Assembly: GCA_943704425.1 (NCBI GenBank)
Contig: CALSCP010002457.1
Location: 103,200 to 152,765, forward strand
DNA length: 49,566 nt
Source of the DNA: Ministeria vibrans ATCC 50519
Taxonomy: Eukaryota > Protista > Filasterea
Reading direction: 5' to 3'
The notes beneath the pieces were generated by a model. The model was not told where the DNA came from and searched no databases. It was given only the letters and a program-made list of their open reading frames with translations. Positions 33,826 to 49,566 of this stretch are shown piece by piece (the first letter of the stretch is position 1; each line of letters starts with the position of its first letter). The position numbers and the translations under genes were made by a program.

Positions 33826-34644
33826 ATGGAAGACTTGTTTGCTTTGGCAGACGTGGCACAGGACACGGGCGATCCGTTAGTGGCTCAGCCGACGCGTGCA
33901 AATCGAACCCAGCCAGATCATCATGCGGAACGTCCGCCCGAAATGCGCCACAAAAAACACCGGCCAGCGCCCATTCTCGACGCAGGATTCGTTGCTAACA
34001 AGGCCGAGGTCCTCAGAGTGTTGGCCAGTGACAGTCCCGACCGATCGCGAGCGGGCGGTGTCGACGAGCCCATTCGTGCGCTTGTCATTGCCATCAACGA
34101 ACACGTCGACTACTTCACGACGAGCTCGTGCTCGGGGCGGGCGCTTCTGAGTGCCGGGGCTGCCGCGCAGAAAGAGGGACTTGACTGGGTCTACTCGACG
34201 CACGGTCGTGTCGACGGCGAGGCGCTGCGCACCGCCGTGCGCGCTTTTCGACGCAAAGCTGGCGAAATTCTCTCCTTCAAGTATGAAGGCTTCATCCTAC
34301 ATGTTCGCTGTCGCGGCCTCGAATCTGCCGCGCGGTTTCTCACGGCCGCCCTTGCCGCTGGCTACAAAAACTCTGGGATGGTCGTGGGTCGCAACGGACG
34401 AGTGACCGTTGCGGTGCGCGAGTCACAAGCTCTGTCGGTGCCGCTGGACTTTCCGCTTCTCTCCAATGCCGATGCGCAGGCCGAATCAAGTCGCCCGGGA
34501 GCGCCCCTCATCTCCGACGCCTACCTTGAACATCTGACAGTGTTGACCAACGACAAGATTGTGCGCAATGGCGAGCGACTGCAGCGCTTGTGTGGACAAC
34601 TCGAGGAAACGTTTGGCATTCGTTGCACTGAAGAAGGACTGTAA
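33826..34644 (+). CDS. TYW3: tRNA wybutosine-synthesizing protein 3 (methyltransferase), intronless
   Basis: PDRSRAGGVDEPIRALVIAIN...YFTTSSCSGR, WVYSTH, FKYEGFILHVRCR, AGYKNSG and VAVR. Confidence 0.93.
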   Translation: MEDLFALADVAQDTGDPLVAQPTRANRTQPDHHAERPPEMRHKKHRPAPILDAGFVANKAEVLRVLASDSPDRSRAGGVDEPIRALVIAINEHVDYFTTSSCSGRALLSAGAAAQKEGLDWVYSTHGRVDGEALRTAVRAFRRKAGEILSFKYEGFILHVRCRGLESAARFLTAALAAGYKNSGMVVGRNGRVTVAVRESQALSVPLDFPLLSNADAQAESSRPGAPLISDAYLEHLTVLTNDKIVRNGERLQRLCGQLEETFGIRCTEEGL

Positions 34645-34898
34645 CAAAGAATGTTTTAATTGTACACATAAAAAACGATCCCAAAAAAAGATCATCTCCC
34701 GACAAAGACAATTGTGTTCGACTTTCAACTTCAAAAAAAAAAAGAGAGAGAGCTCGTTCCCTTTTGTACCCCACTATCTTCTCCCTCACACATTTGAAAA
34801 AAAAGAGTGTTCTTTCATTCAATTTTGTAACTCACTCTATCCCTCACACACTCTTATCGCTCGCGTATTCAAATTTCGGTTGGAAGGTAGACACTCTC

Positions 34899-43422
<8,524 letters not shown>

Positions 43423-43804
43423 TACAGAGAGAGAGAGTGTGTGTGAGAGAGTCAGAGAGAGTCACAGAGAGAGAGAGAATGGCAAAAAAAAAAAAAAAAA
43501 AAAATGTCTCAATGTGTCGATGACAAGAGAGGGAAGGCGATGGGTCGGGGCACACGACGGTCGAGGGGGTGCAAGGGGAAGCCAGGGGCCGGTGTGGTGC
43601 GGCAGGAGTGCCCTGGAGCGGCGCAGGGGTGAGCCAACGCCACAGAAACCCCTCTGATGACACCCGAGTCCTCAACGACGAGTATCGCCACACTCCACGC
43701 GCGGGCCAGGCTGCTCATGCTGTGCCCTGTCGATTGCTCCCCACCCCGCCCTCCCAAACACGCGCTTTCTTTGCTTTTCATTGCGTTTCGTTTTCTTTTT
43801 TTTT

Positions 43805-44246
43805 NNNNNNNNNNNNNNNNNNNNNNNNNNNNNNNNNNNNNNNNNNNNNNNNNNNNNNNNNNNNNNNNNNNNNNNNNNNNNNNNNNNNNNNNNNNNNNNN
43901 NNNNNNNNNNNNNNNNNNNNNNNNNNNNNNNNNNNNNNNNNNNNNNNNNNNNNNNNNNNNNNNNNNNNNNNNNNNNNNNNNNNNNNNNNNNNNNNNNNNN
44001 NNNNNNNNNNNNNNNNNNNNNNNNNNNNNNNNNNNNNNNNNNNNNNNNNNNNNNNNNNNNNNNNNNNNNNNNNNNNNNNNNNNNNNNNNNNNNNNNNNNN
44101 NNNNNNNNNNNNNNNNNNNNNNNNNNNNNNNNNNNNNNNNNNNNNNNNNNNNNNNNNNNNNNNNNNNNNNNNNNNNNNNNNNNNNNNNNNNNNNNNNNNN
44201 NNNNNNNNNNNNNNNNNNNNNNNNNNNNNNNNNNNNNNNNNNNNNN
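43805..44246. other. assembly gap, probably hiding the 5' ends of V0a and SMARCC and their divergent promoter
   Basis: N run. Both flanking genes lack a visible start codon. Confidence 0.9.
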
Positions 44247-44398
44247 GGTCTCAGAGAGGGCAATGCGATCGCGGATGGGCAGATAGGACGCAATGGCAAT
44301 GATCTTTTATTGAGTATCGTTCAGAAGATCGAAACGCCGTCGAGTGGCGCGCTTGCTGCGCTGGTGGCGCGCATCGATGCTGCGGAGGTAGACGACAG

Positions 44399-44448
<50 letters not shown>

Positions 44449-46734
44449 ATGGGTGGGTTTCGTTGTGCGGCGCAGGGGGCACGGCGCGGCGGCGGCGGAG
44501 GAGGAGGAGGAGGAGGCGGCGGCGCGCGACTGCCGGCGCACTGTTTGCGCGATACGGCGCGCGACGGCGCCCTCTGCGTCATTCTTGAGGCGGCGCTGGC
44601 GGATCCGGCAGCGGCGGTCGATGAGGCAGCACGCCAGGCGCTTGGGGCCAGTGGGCGTGCGCCTGCAGCGCCCGCTGTGGCGTTTGGCGACAATGTTGCG
44701 GCGACGGAACGTGCGCAACTGGCAACGGCCATCGCTGCGCTTGGCGGCTCCGTCGTCGACTCGACTGCAACCGCGTCGCATGTAGTCGTTGCTCCGGCAG
44801 CGGACGAAGGGGATGCCGCGGCGGCAGCAGCAGCAGCAGCAGCAGCAACGGCGGCCAACGATTCACAACACTACCGAGCCGTTCGACACCCTGCGGACGC
44901 CGAATGGGCCTTGGTGCATCTGTGGCGCCAGCCAGACTCACACGACGAGGTGCTTTTGGCCTCGTGCGTACCCGCTGACACAGATGCGGAACGCGAGGCA
45001 CGCGCCGCCCTGAGTGCACTCGGTGTCGCAGGCAATCCCATCCAAGTGACTCCCGAGTGGATCAGCGAATCGACGCGCCACAACGAGTGGATGAACGCCC
45101 TCGACTTTGCAGTGGGCAACGAATCGGTGGGAAAGCTTGCGCGTCACCGTATGCCGAGTGGGCGCAAGCGCCGAGCGAGTGTCGCAACGAGCGAACAGGA
45201 CGAGAAGCGCGCCAAGGGAACCGAGGAGACCAAGTCGGCCGTGCGCATGGTCGAGGGAGCGCCTGAGGACGGAACAGGGGCCCCTGAGGGAACCGTAGAG
45301 GTAAATCATACTGTTCGTTTGTGCGTAAATGGATAGATGTGTGACACTCGTTGATATGCCTGTAGTCTGTTGGGGTGGTGGCGAAACAGCACTACGCGGT
45401 GGTCGTGCCGTCGTACAGCGCCTGGTTTGACTATCGCACTGTGCACTCCATCGAGCGTCGCTCGCTTCCCGAGTTTTTCAGCGGCAAAAACCGAAGCAAG
45501 ACGCCCGAAGTGTACGTGGCGTATCGCAACTTCATGGTGGACTCGTACCGACTGCGGCCACAGGAGTACCTGACGGCGACGGCGTGTCGACGCAATCTGG
45601 TGGGCGACGTGTGTGCCATCCTGCGTGTACACGCGCTGCTCGAGCACTGGGGCCTTATCAACTACCAGGTCGACCCCACTACGCGCCCGTCGCCTCTCGG
45701 CCCTCCGTCCACCGCCCATTTTACCGTCTTTTACCAGACTCCCGCGGGGCTCCAGCGTGGCGCAGCGGGTCTGCCCCACGAGAGCCCCTCCGACCTAGTC
45801 CATCGGCTCACCCACAATACCACCCCCAACAACGCACCCCCTGCGACCACCACCACTACCACCACTACCACCACAACAAGTACGACTACCAGTAGCAGCA
45901 GCAGCAGCGATGCGGGTCTCGTCGCACGTGAGCTCAGCCAAAGCATTTTCACCGACGATTGGACTGACGAAGAGACTCTCCGTCTTCTTGAGGTATACTA
46001 GTACTGTTGTGTACAGCCTACTTGTCTCGCATATATGTGCTTCCTCTCCTCTCTCGATGAACTTCCTACTTACTTTTTTTTTTTTTTTTTTTTTTTTGCA
46101 GGGTCTCGAGATGTTTCAGGACGATTGGAATCTGGTGGCGTCGCATGTCGGCTCACGCTCGCACGAACAGTGCATTGTGAAATTTTTGGGAATGCCGATT
46201 CACGAGAAGGGGCAGACGGGAGGCAGAATTGGTAGTAGTAATGGAGGAGGCGCGAGTGGGAGTGGCGAGGAGGCAGTGATGGGTGAGATGGGGGCAAGTG
46301 TGTCGCAAAACCCAGTGCTCACTACCATGGCCTTTTTGGCGTCGATGGTGGAGCCGCGTGCGGCGGAGGCGGCGGCTAAGGCGGCGTGTGCCGTGTACAC
46401 GGGCAATGATGATGACGCTGCGGTGGATGGGTCGCAACAGCAGGCAAGGAAGGAGAGCGTGGACACAATTGAGCGTGCAGCGGGAACTGTTCTTGGGGTG
46501 GCAGCCGTCAAGGCGCGTCTGCTGGCACTGGACGAGGAGCGCAAGGCCCATGCAGGACTCACGCAGCTTATGCGTTTGCAGTTGCGCAAATTGGAGCTCA
46601 AGCTGGAGCACTTTGAGTCACTGGAGGCACTGTTGCAGGAGGAGCGCACAGACCTTGAGAGAGAGCGAAGGGCTCTGGCCCACGAGCGGATGGGTCTAGC
46701 GAGTGCCAAAACCGCGCCAATGGACACCACATGA
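44247..46734 (+). CDS. SMARCC: SWI/SNF (BAF) core subunit SMARCC/SWI3: MarR-like, BRCT, chromo-like, SWIRM, SANT, coiled coil; 5' partial
   Basis: RLPAHCLRD...[17 protein letters not shown]...[72 protein letters not shown]...[27 protein letters not shown]|[32 protein letters not shown] and [16 protein letters not shown]. Confidence 0.95.
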
Positions 46735-46918
46735 TTGAAATAGACCCCCACAGAGAGTGAGAGAGCAAGAGAGAGAAGGAGGGCGAGGCCCTTGTTGTGT
46801 GTTTGAACAAAGAGACGAGTGACCTTTCAACTGCGCACATTCATTCTCTACTGACCACCTTCAGATTCAACCCAGTCTTTGTCTATGCATATAGTAACAC
46901 AATGGTTCGACTGTACTG

Positions 46919-49140
46919 CTACGCCTTTTTCGCAATGATGATAAAGACCAACGCAATGATTGCCACTGCCAACATCACCATACACATTGTCTTCTGCGAC
47001 CGCTTCTGGTACTTCTCCCCCTAATCATGCATACAGTCCATCAGTACTCGTTTTTTTATCTCTCGTTCTTGTACATGTGTCGTACCAGCACTAACTCTTC
47101 ATGACCCTGCTCCACAAGCGTCTCTGTCTGCTCAATATTGTACGCAATATTGTCCAAAATAGTCCCCTAATTCACAATTGTCAGTCTATCTGTCTCTCGC
47201 CTTCTTTTTCGGCAAAGGAAAATCAAACGAAAAAAGAACTCACTTGATCAATAATGAGCACAGACAACTCTTTGAAGATTTCTTGGAGTTCACCAATGGA
47301 CCGAACCAGATTGATCACTTCCCTTTCGCGCTCCTCCACCTGCGCTTGATTGGACTCCATTGCCTACATCAGGGAATTGTCAGGGGTCAGTAGGGTTTGT
47401 CATTAGGGATGGTCAGGAGCGAACGAAGTTAAGAGTCAGGGGCACACTTATCATTAGTATTAGGGTTAAACTCGTCGTTAGGGGTACACCGATCATTAAG
47501 GTTAGGGTGATACTTGTTGCACTAGGATTAACCTGATGTTCACTTCTGTACCTGTCGTTGGGACTGATTGAATCCCTTATCTTCGTACTGTTGATTGTCC
47601 ATTCGATCATCAAATCCCGCGCTGCTCTGCTCTCCACCAAACTGTGCAGACTTGGCCTCTCTTCCGCGCAACTCTACAAGACGCCCAAAAACAACCCGAG
47701 TAAATACCTACATGTCTATGTAGATCATTCTCATACGTTTGAGATAGGATGCTTGGGACGATCTAAACGAGCCAGAGAGGGCCTGCAGCTCCTGCGCGAG
47801 CGTCGACATGATTCCCTTAGTCATTTTGAGTTCGCGTCCGCCGTGCGCTTTGCCCGCCGCTCCAATCGCTTTGATGTCCCGCTGCGTCCCCTGGAATTTG
47901 AGTGTGATTTCCTTCGTCAAAATCTCAATAGAGTGTTCGTCGTTCATAGTATCGTCGAAGACTGTTCTGCTCACTACACAAACACAATCATGAGTAGGAA
48001 TACAACTGTGTATTTTGTGTGGCAGCTCACTCCTCTCTCTCACTCTTTCGCTTTGTTTCTCTATCACTTTGTTTCTCTACAACTTTGTTTCTCGCTCTAT
48101 CACTTTGTTTCTTTCTCCCTCCTCTCACTCAAACTCTCTCAATTCTCTTAAACTCTCTCAATTCTCTCAAACTCTCTCAATTCTCTCAAACTCTCTCAAA
48201 CTCACTCAAACTCTCTCAATTCTCTCAAACTCTCTCAAACTCTCTCAATTCTCTCAAACTCTCTCAAACTCTCTCAAACTCTCTCAATTCTCTCAAACTC
48301 TCTCAAACTCTCTCAAACTCTCTCAATTCTCTTAAACTCTCTCAAACTCTCTCAATTCTCTCAAACTCTCTCAATTCTCTTACACTCTCTCGAACTCTCT
48401 CTCTCAAACTCTCCCTGTGCGGCGCTTACGGTGCTGCTCGTGCATACGCTCGAGCTGGCCAATACTCTGCTGGATGGCGGCCATGCTGTGGCGGATGCGG
48501 TCTGCGCTGTCCACCCACTCGGGTGGCAGTTCCGCCTCCCCCTTCTTGGGCTTCTTCTCCTCCAGCGCCACCGCAACGTCCTACACGCACGCAGCGTTGC
48601 ACGCATGAGTATTGTGAGTGTGTGTGACTGCCATTCACGCCGTCGTGGGGGCCAACAGGCGATTGGGTGGCACAAAGAGAGACGAAACAGAGTTTGTGAT
48701 GACGATTCGTCAAAGGGAAAAAAAAATAGAAAAAACTGACACAATGAGCGAGAGAAAAGAAGAGAGACAGACAAAATGTGCATCGGGGCTGCGGAGAAGG
48801 AGCACAAGGGACACTCGCACGGGCAAAACCCAGACGCGAACGAAGAGTGGTGGCAAAAAAAAACGCAAAAAGTTGCGTTTTGGGGGAATGTTCAGTGTGT
48901 GTGAATGAGCGAACCTCAGCGCCGTCCACTAAGGGCCGGGACTCAATAGACCTGCCGGGACCCTCGTCCCAGTGTGCCATGGTTTCTCTGCGGCTCATCG
49001 ACGCCGATCGCTATGAGACAAAGAGTTGAGAGTGAGCGAACTTCCACAGAACAGCCATTGCCACGCAGCGATACAAGTTGCGTGAAGAACGCCGTGAGAT
49101 TCCGCGAGACTGGCCCATGGTGCCTCCGTGAAGTTGGCAT
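46919..49140 (-). CDS. STX16: syntaxin-16 / Tlg2 (Qa-SNARE), multi-exon
   Basis: N-peptide SRNLTAFF, PPEWVD, FDDTMNDEHSIEILTKEIT, TLAQELQALSGSFRSSQASYLKR, SNARE motif ERERE...IFKELSVLIIDQ|GTILDNIAYNIEQ, and C-terminal TM MCMVMLAVAIIALVFIIIA. Confidence 0.93.
48125..48410. repeat. minisatellite of 9-10-bp units (ctctctcaaa / ttctctcaaa) in STX16 intron
   Basis: Direct observation of about 28 units. Confidence 0.93.
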
Positions 49141-49195
49141 GACGAAAAACTATCAAAATAAAGTGATAAAATGAATTTTCACATTTATTCACTCC

Positions 49196-49566
49196 ATGAG
49201 CAATTCATGGCCCTCCATTGCGACCGATGCCGCATGCGAGTACGCGACAAACATGCTGCTGCGTCATGTGCCAACGAGTGAACGCGAGCGAGCAACGCTA
49301 TCACCCGATTTGAGTTCCGTGTTTACTCTTCTTGAGAATGGCACAGTTCGCTGTCTTGTTCGCACTGCAGAGGGCAGTCCTTGTCGGTCAAGGGGGTTCA
49401 GTGGAGAGAGCGTGCAAATGCACTTCTCGCATTACCATCCGGCCAGCCGCCATCGTTTCGTGTGTGTGTTGTGCGAGAAGTACGTTGGAGTGAGCGAACT
49501 CAAAAGACATCTCTCCTCGTTCCACGCCGACCTGTTCACCGCCGCCGTCATGTCTGCTGCACCATA
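49196..49566 (+). CDS. C2H2 zinc-finger protein, 5' part (runs off the window; absent from the ORF track)
   Basis: Open frame from ATG 49196: MSNSWPSIA...VRCLVRTAEGSPC...VQMHFSHYH...FVCVLCEKYVGVSELKRHLSSFH, giving two C2H2-like motifs. Confidence 0.65.
   Translation, partial: MSNSWPSIATDAACEYATNMLLRHVPTSERERATLSPDLSSVFTLLENGTVRCLVRTAEGSPCRSRGFSGESVQMHFSHYHPASRHRFVCVLCEKYVGVSELKRHLSSFHADLFTAAVMSAAP

Noticed and set aside
43644-43690. GAAAC...CTGATGA words suggestive of a hammerhead ribozyme
   Set aside because: Only a few nt separate GAAAC from CTGATGA and no GAAA follows a stem II, so the three helices cannot be built.
48019-48627. Repetitive LSNSLKLSQ ORF; the array superficially resembles a CRISPR or LRR
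   Set aside because: It is the translation of an intronic minisatellite on the strand opposite STX16, with no unique spacers, in a eukaryotic context.

Overview
Eukaryotic, intron-rich, very gene-dense genomic DNA in the standard genetic code, with canonical GT-AG introns at every junction I traced by hand. Introns are loaded with microsatellites and there are four assembly gaps. Several features suggest a flagellated unicellular relative of animals (choanoflagellate/filasterean-like), though this is inference only: animal-type SMARCC and MARK, SCFD2, a sushi/EGF receptor and the flagellar gene CFAP100. Genes in order: NAGLU/GH89 (+), a large LamG-EGF-sushi single-pass receptor (-), SCFD2 (+), TRM112 (-), MARK/Par-1 (-), heparanase-like GH79 (-), a secreted PAN + ependymin-like protein (+) followed by a degenerate copy, STE11-type MAP3K (-), a short signal-peptide ORF (-), SEC13 (+), eIF3c (+), TYW3 (+), V-ATPase subunit a (-), SMARCC/SWI3 (+), syntaxin-16 (-) and a partial C2H2 zinc-finger gene (+). 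Four things stand out. (1) As assembled, a 4.8-kb V-ATPase intron contains two divergent, 3'-truncated genes (an FAD oxidase and CFAP100); this is either true nesting or, more likely, a misjoin at (CT)n tracts. (2) NAGLU carries two PAN/apple-like modules, and a PAN-ependymin fusion sits head-to-head with heparanase, forming a possible glycan-degradation neighbourhood. (3) The receptor has a furin-type site and an NPxF/PDZ-type tail. (4) SMARCC has the full MarR-BRCT-chromo N-terminus. All exon structures and family calls were made by eye, without database searches.
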